The position numbers and the translations under genes are program-made. Below the pieces are notes generated by a model. That model searched no databases, was not told the origin of the DNA, and saw only the letters and a program-made list of their open reading frames with translations. A DNA stretch of 64,000 nucleotides from Kerstersia sp. (GTDB taxonomy: Bacteria; Pseudomonadota; Gammaproteobacteria; Burkholderiales; Burkholderiaceae_B). Positions 49,701 to 60,514 of this stretch are shown in pieces. Location: the NCBI RefSeq assembly GCF_052103615.1, contig NZ_JBQEKA010000005.1, positions 11,357-75,356 on the forward strand. The letters are read 5' to 3'. Numbering within the stretch: the first letter of the stretch is position 1; each line of letters begins with the position of its first letter.

Positions 49701-51962
49701 ATGACGCTGAAGACGGCGAGCCAGCACAGCGGACATGCGCAACAGGCCCCCCGTGCAAAGCACGGTATCACCCTGGTCTGCGTCAGCCTGCTAGCCTGCA
49801 TTTTCAGCCATTCGCCACAGGCCTCGGCACAGGTTGCAGACATGGAGATGCAACGCCTGGTGACGCTATCGGAACGCCACATTACCGATGCCGCACCTGT
49901 CGATGCAGCATGGGCCCATGAAGGCGGGCGCGCTTCTTTTTATGATGCCCCTGTCATGGCGGGCGGCACCCAATATGGTAATTATCTCTACTGGGGTGGA
50001 AATGGCTCCAGCTTCGACCCCAACGACTGGACCTCTGGCGTCAACTGGAGCAACTTGCCCAGCAATTCGCGGTCCCGCATGGGGCCTGCCATCCTGCGCG
50101 TATCGCCGACCCCGGCCAAATACCAGAAATCGGTCATCACCAAGGAAATCTTCGGCGTGCTAATGTCCACAGCCATGCTGGGCACGCAAGTCATCGAACG
50201 CACTGACGGCTCGTTGATCGCAGGATTGATCCAGGACGGCAGAACACTTAGCGAACCCTGGTCGCGGGACAACATGTACCCCGCGCCAGCACGCGAATTC
50301 CGCGCAGACCAATACGGCAGCACCTTGTTGAAAACGGGCGCGCTGGTTCGTACAGACGGCGACGGAGCCAATGCGCGCCTGATTCTCAGCACGCTCAACC
50401 AGGTACACTTTCCCTATGGGCGCTTCGCCCAGGCCAGCGACGGCACACTCTACGGCATGGATGAAGGCCCTGACGGCCACGGCCGCATCTACCGGCTGTC
50501 GCCCAGTGACAAGTTCAGCACTGTGCATACCTTTCCCGCGCCTGCGGCGGGCACCGGACAGTGGCTCAACGACGTCATGCTGGGCAGCGACGGCTGGCTC
50601 TATGGCATCCTGGCCTACGGCCGCGGCAAGCCTGGCGCGCCAGCCACACGCACCACCGCGGACACGCCAACGGGCCTCGTATTCAAGCTGCACCCGGACC
50701 AGCCTGGCAGCTACACCGTCCTGCGAACATTCACCCTGAAAGAAGGGGAGTTCAATGTCGATAACCCCTACCATAGCAACGGCTTGTCCGTCAGCCTGAA
50801 ACCCACTGGCATGAACACCCTGACCGAAGGGCCGGATGGACGTATCTATGGCACCAGTTCGATCAGCAGTTGTTCCGTATTCAGTGATTTTCAAACCTGG
50901 GTCTTGCGTCCGGAAACCAGTACCAACGAATTGGTCACTAGCCAAAGGGTCACGCCCAGCCTTCTCTGCGGCTCGACCGAAGGCTCACGTTCTCTGACCT
51001 CAGCAGGCACCGGCTTCCCTCGCTGGGAATTTCTCGGCAACGGCAACACCTATGACGTGGATTTCCAGCGCAACGGCACGCTCTTCCGGCTGGATCGCGA
51101 TGGCAATAACTTCCAGGTACTGCATCGTTTCGAAGGCGGCAGTCATGGCGCCACACCGCGCGGCTCCTTTGTTTTCCTGGGTAACACACTGGTCGGTACG
51201 ACCTTGTCTGGCGGGGAGCCCCACTACTCCTATAGCAACTATCCCGATCCTGTTCCAGCAGGCTGGGTACGCAACAATATGCCCGCTCACCGCAGTGAAG
51301 ACGATTTCGCCCACAAAACCAGTGACGGCCTGCTCTATGCGCTGGACATCGCCGCCTGGGAAAACGGTGCGGACAATGCCTTCCAAATCCTCCACGAGTT
51401 TTCCGAACGCACCACTGGCCGCACGCCTACCGGCGTCACACTGGGCCAGGACGGCGCCCTCTACGGCATGACACGCTACGGTGGCGCGGATCGCTGGTTC
51501 AGCAACCAGCAAGGCCGCAGCATAGAGTATGCCTATTCCACCTCGGGTACGATCTGGCGCTACGGCCCGGACCAGGGGGCCAGCATCAACCTGAATGTGT
51601 TCCCGGCTGCCCTCAAACGCGGCGAAACAGCCCGCCTGACCTGGACGGCAGCCGGCGTGGTGGAAGGCTCCTGCACAGCCACCTCCAAATCCGGCGATTG
51701 GACGGGTCCACAAGCAGCAGAAGGCAGCATCGACCTGACCAAAACCGACAGCGGCATCTACACTTATTCCCTCTCCTGCGTCAGCGCAACGACAGGACAA
51801 GCTGTTGGCTCCGACCCCGCCACCCTGCGCGTTGACAGCCCGGCCAGCGAAACCGACGGCAACTCCATCAAGTACACCGGCGGCGGCGGCGCCCTGCCGC
51901 TGTGGCCAGCACTGGGCTTGCTGCTGTTGGCCGCAGGACGCCGCGCCCGCAGGCCGTACTGA
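49701..51962 (+). CDS. Secreted GloVer-repeat beta-propeller + Ig-like domain + GlyGly-CTERM anchor (start may be 49593-49701)
   Basis: Signal peptide ASA-Q; GTLFRL..DG..FQVLHRF..G.TP, DGALYGMTRYGG, DGTLYG, DGRIYGTS; tail TGGGGALPLWPALGLLLLAAGRRARRPY. Confidence 0.82.
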   Translation: MTLKTASQHSGHAQQAPRAKHGITLVCVSLLACIFSHSPQASAQVADMEMQRLVTLSERHITDAAPVDAAWAHEGGRASFYDAPVMAGGTQYGNYLYWGGNGSSFDPNDWTSGVNWSNLPSNSRSRMGPAILRVSPTPAKYQKSVITKEIFGVLMSTAMLGTQVIERTDGSLIAGLIQDGRTLSEPWSRDNMYPAPAREFRADQYGSTLLKTGALVRTDGDGANARLILSTLNQVHFPYGRFAQASDGTLYGMDEGPDGHGRIYRLSPSDKFSTVHTFPAPAAGTGQWLNDVMLGSDGWLYGILAYGRGKPGAPATRTTADTPTGLVFKLHPDQPGSYTVLRTFTLKEGEFNVDNPYHSNGLSVSLKPTGMNTLTEGPDGRIYGTSSISSCSVFSDFQTWVLRPETSTNELVTSQRVTPSLLCGSTEGSRSLTSAGTGFPRWEFLGNGNTYDVDFQRNGTLFRLDRDGNNFQVLHRFEGGSHGATPRGSFVFLGNTLVGTTLSGGEPHYSYSNYPDPVPAGWVRNNMPAHRSEDDFAHKTSDGLLYALDIAAWENGADNAFQILHEFSERTTGRTPTGVTLGQDGALYGMTRYGGADRWFSNQQGRSIEYAYSTSGTIWRYGPDQGASINLNVFPAALKRGETARLTWTAAGVVEGSCTATSKSGDWTGPQAAEGSIDLTKTDSGIYTYSLSCVSATTGQAVGSDPATLRVDSPASETDGNSIKYTGGGGALPLWPALGLLLLAAGRRARRPY

Positions 51963-52074
51963 CCCCCGGCAAGGTGTTCTGCCCGGCCCTGACGCCCGGC
52001 TTGAACACCCGCCACACGGCCCTGCTTGATGGCACAGCCGCCTGTTTTTCTTGCGGAAGAACGGCGGCTTGTTT

Positions 52075-52758
52075 TCATACCCGCACTTTGGCTGGCACAG
52101 CGTCTTGCGGCGTATCCGCCACGGCCGCATCCAGCCCCAAACAACGCCGCATCAGCGCCGCCATCTCGCGCGCCTGGGAATCCGTCTGGGCTTCCAGCGC
52201 CGCCACCACCCCTAATTGATCCTCCCGGGACTTGTCCTGGTTGATTTTGAACTTGCCTTCCAGCGTCGCCACCGGAATACGCACCCCCATGATGGCGCGC
52301 AGGCGCGGCACGATCATATCGGCGGGCATGACGTCGAAGCGCCAGTTGCCGCCCAGCGGCGTGTCATAAAGCGCCACGGTTTCGCGCAGCAGTTCATGTA
52401 TGTCTTCCGGCTCTTCAATCAGTTCCGGCTGGCCGCGCGCATGGATGGCGGTGTAGTTCCAGGTCGGAAAAGTCATCTGGTTCGCATACCAGCTCGGTGT
52501 CACAAAGGCATGCGGCCCCTGAAAAATGACCAGCGCCGGCGCGCCCGCCAGCAGGTCCTGGCTCTGCGGGTTGGCCCGCGCCAAGTGGGTGGTCAGAATG
52601 CCCAGGCCTTCCGGCCCGCCTTCCTCCAGCAAAAACGGCAAATGCGTGGCCTGCACGCCATTGGCGCCGCAAGTCACCAGGGTGGCAAAACTCCAGAGCC
52701 GCATGTGCTCATGCAGCACGCCAAGATCATTTTCGACATACGCTTTCGGGGTATACAT
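52075..52758 (-). CDS. PaiB-like FMN-binding split-barrel protein
   Basis: MYTPKAY, ATHLPFLL, HLARANPQ, FQGPHAFVTPSWY, PTWNY, GKFKINQ. Confidence 0.9.
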   Translation of the reverse strand: MYTPKAYVENDLGVLHEHMRLWSFATLVTCGANGVQATHLPFLLEEGGPEGLGILTTHLARANPQSQDLLAGAPALVIFQGPHAFVTPSWYANQMTFPTWNYTAIHARGQPELIEEPEDIHELLRETVALYDTPLGGNWRFDVMPADMIVPRLRAIMGVRIPVATLEGKFKINQDKSREDQLGVVAALEAQTDSQAREMAALMRRCLGLDAAVADTPQDAVPAKVRV

Positions 52759-52866
52759 ATCCGTCGTCTCCTGCGTCCGCCTCTCCGTAGGCGCGCACGC
52801 TCCCTGCCCCACCCCGGCGGGATGGGGGAAAGACAGCGTCTGGCCACGGCCTCGCGGCCGCTTTGC

Positions 52867-53862
52867 TCATCTCATAGGTTCAGCGTGCCTGCGCATCCAG
52901 TCGCAGCTTTCATCAAAGGCGCGGCCTGCCACCTCTGCGACCGCAACCGCTTCCAGAAAGCTGTGCACAGTCCCCGGATAGACCCGGGCATCCACTTCCA
53001 CCCCGGCTGCTTTCAGGCACGCCGCCATTTCGATACTGTCGTCATAAATCGGATCACATTCCGCGATGACCAGCAGCGCTGGCGGCAGGCCGTCGAGCCG
53101 CGCTTTCACCAGACACATGCGCGGGTCTTCGAAATCCTCGGGGCGGCCCAGATAAGCCCGGTAAAACCAGGCCATCATATGCAGCGACAGGCCATATTCG
53201 CCCCCGCCATAACGCACCATGGAATCACGGTACATACGGGTGCTGAAACCGCCATAATTGAGCAGCATGCCCAGCGGCAAGGGTTCCCCGGCGTCGCGCA
53301 ATGCCACGCAAGTGCCCAGCGACAAGTTGCCGCCAGCAGAGTCCCCGCCAATGAATAGCCCCGCCGGGTCCACCTCCAGTTCGCCCGCATGCTCGCGCAG
53401 CCAGCGCATGACATCCGTACACTCTTCCAGCGGCTGCGGGAAGCGCGCCTCAGGCGCCAGGGAATAATCGACCCCGACCACCACGATGCCGGCACGCTGC
53501 GCGTACTCGCGCATGACCCGGTCATGCGTATCCAGGCTGAACACCACGAAACCGCCGCCATGGATATACATCAAGGCGCCCGGCAGCCGGCGCTGCGCCG
53601 GGTAATGCACGCGGATACGCACCGGCCCATGCCGTGTCGGCACCTCGCGTTCCACTGTGCGCACCATCTCCGGGCCGCCTGCCACCCATTGCGCCTTGAC
53701 CAATTCGCCAATGCGGCGCCCTTCGGCCAGGCTGACGCGGTCACGCCTGGGATGCTGCGCCGCCACTTCCGCCGTGCGGCTCAGAAAAGTGGCGATCTGG
53801 GGGTCCACGGGCGCGAAATGCCCGGGGTACATAGCGTTGATATCCCTCTCGTTGCTACTCAT
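52867..53862 (-). CDS. Alpha/beta hydrolase, HSL/Aes esterase family
   Basis: HGGGF, GDSAGG, ECDPIYD, HSF catalytic motifs. Confidence 0.9.
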   Translation of the reverse strand: MSSNERDINAMYPGHFAPVDPQIATFLSRTAEVAAQHPRRDRVSLAEGRRIGELVKAQWVAGGPEMVRTVEREVPTRHGPVRIRVHYPAQRRLPGALMYIHGGGFVVFSLDTHDRVMREYAQRAGIVVVGVDYSLAPEARFPQPLEECTDVMRWLREHAGELEVDPAGLFIGGDSAGGNLSLGTCVALRDAGEPLPLGMLLNYGGFSTRMYRDSMVRYGGGEYGLSLHMMAWFYRAYLGRPEDFEDPRMCLVKARLDGLPPALLVIAECDPIYDDSIEMAACLKAAGVEVDARVYPGTVHSFLEAVAVAEVAGRAFDESCDWMRRHAEPMR

Positions 53863-53918
53863 GAGTTCTGGCTCCCGGCAATCTGAATTTGATGAATGAA
53901 CATGCGAATCTCCGGTTC

Positions 53919-54893
53919 TCAATAGCCCAGCACCGGATCCACGGTATTGAGAAAATCCCGCCCGTCACGCAGCCGCGCCACGTTTTCCGCTACCTGGCTG
54001 ATCACGGCTTCCCACGAGGCCATGGTGGCCATATGCGGCGTGACCACCACGCCCGGCATGCGCCAGAAAGGATGGTCCTCGGGCAAGGGTTCACGCGCGA
54101 ACACATCCAGCACGGCGCCGCGCATATGGCCGCTGGCCAGGGCATCCGCCAAATCCTGCTCCACGAGATGCGCGCCGCGGCCGCAGTGAATCAGCGCCGC
54201 GCCTTGCGGCAAGGCGGCGAACAGGCGCCGGTCCAGAATGCCGCGCGTGCTGTCCGTCAGTGGCAGCAGGCACACCAGGATGTCGCAGCCCGACAGAAAC
54301 TCGTCGAACTGCGCCGCGCCGCTGAAAGTCTGCACGCCGTCCAGGCTGCGCGGCGTGCGCGACCAGCCGCGCACGGCATAGCCCCGCTGCGCCAGGCCTT
54401 GCGCCACATGCCCGCCCATTTCGCCCAGCCCCATGATGCCCACCCGGCAACTTGAAGCATGCGTCTGCAACGGCCGCAACCACTGCGACTGACGCTGCTG
54501 GGCCAGCGCCAGGTCCAGGCTGCGGTGAAAATACAGGACACTCCACAGCACATACTGCAACATGCCTTCGGCCAGATCCGGATCCACCACCCGGCATACC
54601 GGCAGGCCGCGCAAATCCTGCCCGGCCACGACGTTATCCACCCCGGCGGCAATGCTGTGCACCAGTTTCAGCCTGGGCATGCCGGCATAGACATCGTCCG
54701 GCACATCCCAGCACACAGCCAGTTCCGCTTGCGTATGACGCGGGTCTGGCCACTCGACCACTTCCAGCGCGGGAATGGCCGCTTCCAGCTGCTGCTTGAG
54801 AAACGACAAATCGAAGGAGCGGCTCAACAAGGCAGCGGTCAGCGTGCCGGTCTCCTGCCCAACGCGGGGGGGTGCTTGCGTGCGTTCAATCAT
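53919..54893 (-). CDS. ghrA: Glyoxylate/hydroxypyruvate reductase A-like 2-hydroxyacid dehydrogenase
   Basis: AGVD, GLGEMG, LLPLT..TRGIL, GRG.HL, LDVF..EPLP..HPFW, TPHMA. Confidence 0.85.
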   Translation of the reverse strand: MIERTQAPPRVGQETGTLTAALLSRSFDLSFLKQQLEAAIPALEVVEWPDPRHTQAELAVCWDVPDDVYAGMPRLKLVHSIAAGVDNVVAGQDLRGLPVCRVVDPDLAEGMLQYVLWSVLYFHRSLDLALAQQRQSQWLRPLQTHASSCRVGIMGLGEMGGHVAQGLAQRGYAVRGWSRTPRSLDGVQTFSGAAQFDEFLSGCDILVCLLPLTDSTRGILDRRLFAALPQGAALIHCGRGAHLVEQDLADALASGHMRGAVLDVFAREPLPEDHPFWRMPGVVVTPHMATMASWEAVISQVAENVARLRDGRDFLNTVDPVLGY

Positions 54894-54967
54894 GGGTACG
54901 GCTTCCTCTTTCCGAATCAATCACGGCCGTCCGTCTCCAGGCCGGACGCCCTCGTGCTGGCTTGGCC

Positions 54968-56770
54968 TCACGCCACTGCGGGCGCGCTGCCGGTTTTCAA
55001 TCGCTCGTCCATCAGGCGGCTATACCACTGCTGGCCCGGAATGGCGCGGACCAGGCGCTGGGTATAGGGGTCTGCCGGCGCATCGAAAATCTTTGCCGCC
55101 GGCCCATACTCCACGACCTTGCCTTTATGCATGACCGCCACGCGATGGCAAATTTGTGCCGCCACGCGTAAATCATGGGTGATGAAAATCATGGCGATAT
55201 CCAGGCTGCGCTGCAAATCGGCCAGCAGGGCCAGCACCTGCTCCTGCACCGAAACATCCAGCGCCGATACCGACTCATCGGCCACCAGCAGGCGTGGCTC
55301 CAGCGCCAGCGCCCGGGCAATGCCGATACGCTGCCGCTGGCCCCCGGAAAACTGCCCCGGATGCCTGTCATACGCCGAAGCTTCCAGGCCGACCCGTTCC
55401 AGCAGCGCGCGGGCGCGCCGTTCCGCCTCGGCCTGCGGCACGCCATTGGCGCGCGGCCCATCGGTAATAATGCGTCCCACCGTATGCCGCGGGTTAAGCG
55501 ATGCGAACGGATCCTGGAAAATCATCTGCACATCCTTGCGCAAGGGACGGAATTCCCGCTCGCTCATGCGTGTGATGTCCACACCGCCGAAATGGATGGC
55601 GCCGCCGTCCACGGACGTCAGGCGCAACAGGCACTTGCCTATCGTGGACTTGCCCGATCCGGACTCCCCGACGATGCCCAGCGTTTCGCCCCGGCGCACT
55701 TCCAGACTGACCTCATCGACCGCCACCACTTCGCGGCGGGTGCGCAGCAAGCGGCTGCCGCTGGCGTACACCTTGCGCAGGCGCTCCACCCGCATGACGC
55801 AATCGTCGGTTTTCTCCGGTAGCGCCGTTCCGCGCCGCCCCGGCACGGCGGCAATCAGCCGGCGCGTATAGGGGTGAGCTGGCGCTTCCAGCACCTGGGC
55901 CGCCGGCCCTTGCTCGACCAGCAGGCCACGCTCCATGACAGCCACCCGGTCCGCGATTTCCGCCACCACGCCAAAGTCATGGGTCACGAACACCACGCCC
56001 ATGCCCTTCTCACGCTGGATGCGCTTGATCAGCGCCAGAATCTGCGCCTGCGTCGTCACATCCAGCGCCGTCGTCGGTTCATCGGCAATCAACAGGCCCG
56101 GCTCCAGCGCCAAAGCCATGGCGATCACAACCCGCTGGCGCTGGCCGCCAGACAGGCGGAAGGGATAAGCCTTATACAGCGTGGCAGGCTCAGGCAAGCC
56201 CACGAATTCCAGCAATTCCAGCACCCGCCGCACCCCTTGCGGGCCAGGATAGGCCTGGTGCACGCGCAGGACTTCCAGAATCTGATCGCCCACGCTCATT
56301 ACCGGATTGAGCGCCGACAGCGGCTCCTGGAACACCATGGCGATTTCCCGGCCGCGCAGCTTGCGCATTTCCTCCTCGCCTGTTTGCAGCAGATCACGCC
56401 CGCGAAACAGAATGCGGCCTGCCTCCGGCTTCAGATAGTCAGGCAGCAGCCCCATGATGGCATTGGCGCTCATGGATTTGCCCGAACCGGACTCCCCGAC
56501 CAGGCACAGGATTTCCCCGGCGCGCACGTCATAGGAGACATCCCTCACCGCATAGGGCCGGTCGCTGCCGCTGGACGGCAGCGCAATACTGAGGCCCTGC
56601 ACCTGCAGCAAGGCGGCCTGCGGCGTCTCGGCCGCCACGCTGTCATGCGGGCCAGGCGCGGCAGCCGGCGCGTGGCTCCGCGCGGCGAAAAACTGCAGGT
56701 CGCGGCGTTCCGCGCCCCCCTGCATCTGCCGCAGCAAGCCCGCGTTTGCACTCGTATGGCTCGTATTCAT
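54968..56770 (-). CDS. Fused dual ABC ATP-binding protein (dipeptide/oligopeptide type)
   Basis: Two GESGSGKS motifs, LSGGQRQR and FSGGQRQR. Confidence 0.93.
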   Translation of the reverse strand: MNTSHTSANAGLLRQMQGGAERRDLQFFAARSHAPAAAPGPHDSVAAETPQAALLQVQGLSIALPSSGSDRPYAVRDVSYDVRAGEILCLVGESGSGKSMSANAIMGLLPDYLKPEAGRILFRGRDLLQTGEEEMRKLRGREIAMVFQEPLSALNPVMSVGDQILEVLRVHQAYPGPQGVRRVLELLEFVGLPEPATLYKAYPFRLSGGQRQRVVIAMALALEPGLLIADEPTTALDVTTQAQILALIKRIQREKGMGVVFVTHDFGVVAEIADRVAVMERGLLVEQGPAAQVLEAPAHPYTRRLIAAVPGRRGTALPEKTDDCVMRVERLRKVYASGSRLLRTRREVVAVDEVSLEVRRGETLGIVGESGSGKSTIGKCLLRLTSVDGGAIHFGGVDITRMSEREFRPLRKDVQMIFQDPFASLNPRHTVGRIITDGPRANGVPQAEAERRARALLERVGLEASAYDRHPGQFSGGQRQRIGIARALALEPRLLVADESVSALDVSVQEQVLALLADLQRSLDIAMIFITHDLRVAAQICHRVAVMHKGKVVEYGPAAKIFDAPADPYTQRLVRAIPGQQWYSRLMDERLKTGSAPAVA

Positions 56771-56797
56771 CTTGTGTTTCCCCTTGGCTCGCACCGT

Positions 56798-57637
56798 TTA
56801 CTCGCCGCGCCGGCGCAAATGCGGATTGAGCGCGTCATTGAGCCCCTCGCCGATCAGGTTGATGGCCAGCACTGTCATCAGAATTGCCACCCCAGGCGCA
56901 ATACTCAGCCACCAGGATTGGCGGATCACACTGCGCGCCGCACCGATCATGAATCCCCAGCTCATCTGATTGCGGTCGCCCAGCCCCAGGAAGGACAGGG
57001 CCGCTTCCGTCAGAATGGCCGTGGCCACCATGAAAGACCCCATGACGATGATGGATGACATGGCATTGGGCAGGATCTGCGTCAGCACGATGCGGCTGGG
57101 GCGCTGGCCGATCACGACTGCCGCCTGTACGAACTCACGCTCGCGCAAGGCCATGAACTCCCCTCGCACCAGCCGCGCCACTGGCGGCCACGACACCAGC
57201 GCAATCGCCCCCACCACGGAATACAGCGAAGGGTTGAGAATGGCGACCACCAGCACGGCCATGACCAGTTGCGGAATGGTCTGGAAGAACTCGGTCACGG
57301 CCATCAAGGCATCGTCAATCAGACCGCCGGCGTAACCTGCCACCGCGCCCACCAGGACACCGACACTGAGCGCCACGGCAGTCGCAACCAGGCCGACCGT
57401 CAGCGACACGCGGGCGCCGTAAATCAATCCGGCCAGCACGTCACGCCCCAGCATATCCGTGCCCAGCGGATAGGCCATATCGGAAAACGGCAATTGCATG
57501 GGCCGCGCCACGATCATCCAGGGTGATTGCGGATACAGCGCCGGCCCCAGCAACGCGACCAATGCCACCAGCGCGAAAAACGCCAGTCCAGCCACCGCGC
57601 CGTAATTGCGCAGGTAATGTTTGCTCAGCGATTTCAT
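56798..57637 (-). CDS. ABC permease (DppC-like)
   Basis: PLGTDMLGRDV, EFVQAAVVIG, EAALSFLGLG. Confidence 0.93.
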   Translation of the reverse strand: MKSLSKHYLRNYGAVAGLAFFALVALVALLGPALYPQSPWMIVARPMQLPFSDMAYPLGTDMLGRDVLAGLIYGARVSLTVGLVATAVALSVGVLVGAVAGYAGGLIDDALMAVTEFFQTIPQLVMAVLVVAILNPSLYSVVGAIALVSWPPVARLVRGEFMALREREFVQAAVVIGQRPSRIVLTQILPNAMSSIIVMGSFMVATAILTEAALSFLGLGDRNQMSWGFMIGAARSVIRQSWWLSIAPGVAILMTVLAINLIGEGLNDALNPHLRRRGE

Positions 57638-58629
57638 GATTTCGCTCCGTTGGCGCCAATGCGCGGGTCCAGCACCCGATACACCAGATCCGCCATGAAG
57701 TTGAAGAACACCACCATGGCCGACGTCACCAGAAAACCGCCCAGCAACAATTGATAGTCACGCTGCAACAAGGCATCGAACATCAGCCTGCCCACACCAG
57801 GCCAGCCAAACACGGTTTCCGTCAGCACCGCGCCGCCAGCCAGCTGGCCCAGTTGCACGCCCGCAAACGTCACCACTGGCATCAATGCGTTGCGCATCAC
57901 ATGCACCCGCAGTACCCGGCCTGAGGGCACCCCCTTGGCGCGCGCCGTCTTGACGTAATCCATGCCCATCACTTCCAGCATGGACGCACGGATCAGCCGG
58001 GCATAGACCGCCATGAAAAATGCCGCCAGAGAACAGGCCGGCAAGACCAGATGGCGGCCAATGTCGAGCATTCTTTCCCAGCCGGTAAAACCGGCGGCAA
58101 CCGTCTCCATGCCAAAGGCCGGGAACCAGCCCAGAATCACCGAAAACACGATCACGCTGAGCAAGGCCAGCCAGAACAGCGGCGTGGCATACAACAGCAT
58201 CGCCGACGACATCACCAGGCTATCGACCCAGCGGTGACGGTTACGAAACCGCGAACGCGCCGCCAGCGCGCCAAGCGCCACGCCAGCCACGATGGAAATC
58301 ACAAAGGCTGCCGCCATCAGCAGCAAGGTGGCGGGCAGACGCTCCATAATCAGGTCGAACACCGGGATATGGTTGCGGTAGGAATACCCCAGATCCAGTT
58401 GCACCGCGCCCTTCAAATACACCCACAGTTGCGTCAGCAAAGGCTGATCCAGCCCGAATTGCGCGCGCAGCGCTTCGACGAATGCCGGGTCGCTCGCCCC
58501 CGACTCGCCAGCCAGCACGGCGGCAGGATCGCCGGGCGCCATGCGGATCAGGAAAAAGTTGATGACGACCACGCCCAGCATCACCATCAGGGCTTTGAAC
58601 AGCCGCGTCGTAAGGAAAGAAATAAACAT
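57634..58629 (-). CDS. ABC permease (DppB-like)
   Basis: PGDPA, DLGYSY, DYVKTARAKG, TETVFGWPGVG. Confidence 0.93.
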   Translation of the reverse strand: MFISFLTTRLFKALMVMLGVVVINFFLIRMAPGDPAAVLAGESGASDPAFVEALRAQFGLDQPLLTQLWVYLKGAVQLDLGYSYRNHIPVFDLIMERLPATLLLMAAAFVISIVAGVALGALAARSRFRNRHRWVDSLVMSSAMLLYATPLFWLALLSVIVFSVILGWFPAFGMETVAAGFTGWERMLDIGRHLVLPACSLAAFFMAVYARLIRASMLEVMGMDYVKTARAKGVPSGRVLRVHVMRNALMPVVTFAGVQLGQLAGGAVLTETVFGWPGVGRLMFDALLQRDYQLLLGGFLVTSAMVVFFNFMADLVYRVLDPRIGANGAKS

Positions 58630-58727
58630 CGGATACCTCTCGTCCAGTTGCCTGGCGCGGCCCCCGCGCCGCGCCAGTTAGCTGCCCATCCTGGCCGTGA
58701 CAGCCGTCACGGCCATTGCTGCATGCG

Positions 58728-60314
58728 CTATTCGATGGAGACGGAGTCCAGCGATTCGGTCAGGCTGTGCCCCGAGCTCACCGGATTCTTCACGTTGGAC
58801 TTGGAGATCGTGCCGAACTCGATATCCATCAGCCAGTTGTTCGCCACATCCCGCGCCAGGATTTTTTGCAGATCGCTGTAATACGCCGCCCGCTTGGCCG
58901 GATCCAATTCCTGGCCCGCCTTATCCCACAGCGCATCGGCTTCCGGGTTGCTGTAGCCCTGGTTATTGGCAAACGGGCTGCCCTTGGAAATATTGCGCGT
59001 CACATACAGGCGCTCCACCCCCAATGCCGGGTCGCCATATTGGTAAGGCAGGTTGAAGGTGATGTCGTAATCCCAATTGCTGACCTTGCTTGCCCAGGTA
59101 CCGCCGTCACTGGCTTCGATGTCCACCTGGAAGCCGATTTGCTCCAGCATCTGCTTGGTGTATTCCAGCAAGCGGTCATAGTTGCCGCCCAGCGCCATAT
59201 TGAGCAGCTTGACCGGCCGCGCGCCGACGTCCACACCCGACTCCTTGATCAAGGCACGCGCCTTGTCGAGGTCATACGGGTACTGCGGCAAATCCTTTTC
59301 GTAGAACAGTTCCGTCTTGGCGAACGGCCCTGTCGCCGGCCAGTTCAGGCCTTCGAAAATCACATCGACAATGAACTGCCGGTCCAGCGCATGCTGAATC
59401 GCCTGGCGTACCTTTACGTTATCGAAGGGGGGTTTACGCAGGTTCAGCTGCAAGTGATACGTCGGCGAAAACAGTTCCCAGCCCTTGGCGGTGTAGTCCA
59501 CCCCATCCATGCCCTGCAAACGCTTGAGGTCGGACACTTCCAGATCGCCGCTGCGCAGCATCTGCACCGTGCCGTTCTCGAAGGCCACCACTCGCGAAGC
59601 GGCGTCCGGCATCATGTAGAACACCACGCCATCCAGATACGGCTGGCCTGGCTTCCAGTAATCCGGGTTGCGTTCCAGGCGCAGATAGGAACCGCGCTTC
59701 CATTCCTTGAAGCGGAACGGGCCGGTGCCGACCGGCTTCTGGTTTGCCGGATTGCGGGCAAAGTCCGTGCCCTCGTACAAGTGCTTGGGCATCATGGGCA
59801 TGGTGCCGGACTCGAACATGTAGATGAACGGCGGGAACGGCTTCTTCAGCTTGATTTCGACCGTGTTCGGATCCTTGGCCGTCACGGATTCAAGATAGTT
59901 CTTCAGCACCAAACCGGTGCGCACATGCACCGCGGGCAGCAATGTGCCAATGGTGAAGACCGCGTCATCGGCGGTAAATGGCTGGCCATCGTGCCATTTC
60001 ACCCCTTCCTGCAACTCGAATACATAGGTCAGGCCATCGTCGGAAACCGTCCAGGATTTGGCCAGCTCGGGACGCGGCTTCAAATCGCCATCGTAGGTCA
60101 GCAGGCCCTGGAATACCTTGCTGCCCATGTATTGCGCCGCCACCATGGAATTCATGGCCGTCACGATGGAAGGCGGCTCGGGGTTGGCAACCAGCCCCAG
60201 CGTGCCGCCACGCGTCTGGGCCTGTGCTGCCGTGCCCGCCATCATCATGGGCAACAGGGCCAGCGCCACGCCGCACACAAATTTCCGAGGAAAGGAATTA
60301 AGGTTTTTCATCAT
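58728..60314 (-). CDS. ABC substrate-binding protein, family 5
   Basis: Signal peptide; LAKSW, VKWHDG.PFTADD, GTGPF, VRQAI. Confidence 0.93.
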   Translation of the reverse strand: MMKNLNSFPRKFVCGVALALLPMMMAGTAAQAQTRGGTLGLVANPEPPSIVTAMNSMVAAQYMGSKVFQGLLTYDGDLKPRPELAKSWTVSDDGLTYVFELQEGVKWHDGQPFTADDAVFTIGTLLPAVHVRTGLVLKNYLESVTAKDPNTVEIKLKKPFPPFIYMFESGTMPMMPKHLYEGTDFARNPANQKPVGTGPFRFKEWKRGSYLRLERNPDYWKPGQPYLDGVVFYMMPDAASRVVAFENGTVQMLRSGDLEVSDLKRLQGMDGVDYTAKGWELFSPTYHLQLNLRKPPFDNVKVRQAIQHALDRQFIVDVIFEGLNWPATGPFAKTELFYEKDLPQYPYDLDKARALIKESGVDVGARPVKLLNMALGGNYDRLLEYTKQMLEQIGFQVDIEASDGGTWASKVSNWDYDITFNLPYQYGDPALGVERLYVTRNISKGSPFANNQGYSNPEADALWDKAGQELDPAKRAAYYSDLQKILARDVANNWLMDIEFGTISKSNVKNPVSSGHSLTESLDSVSIE

Positions 60315-60514
60315 GGTCTCATCGTCCATAAATGACAACACTGTTGAAATGCGGGGCATGCCCATCATCGTGACTGGCAGCACCGCGCCACCATTCGGAC
60401 TAGCCGGGGGCTACCCGAATGAAGGCCTCGCCTGGCTCCGCCCCGCAGGGAGGGCAGCGCGCCGGCAGGGCCGTCCGCGGCATCTATCCGTCGCACGCTG
60501 TTATGAAACAGTAC

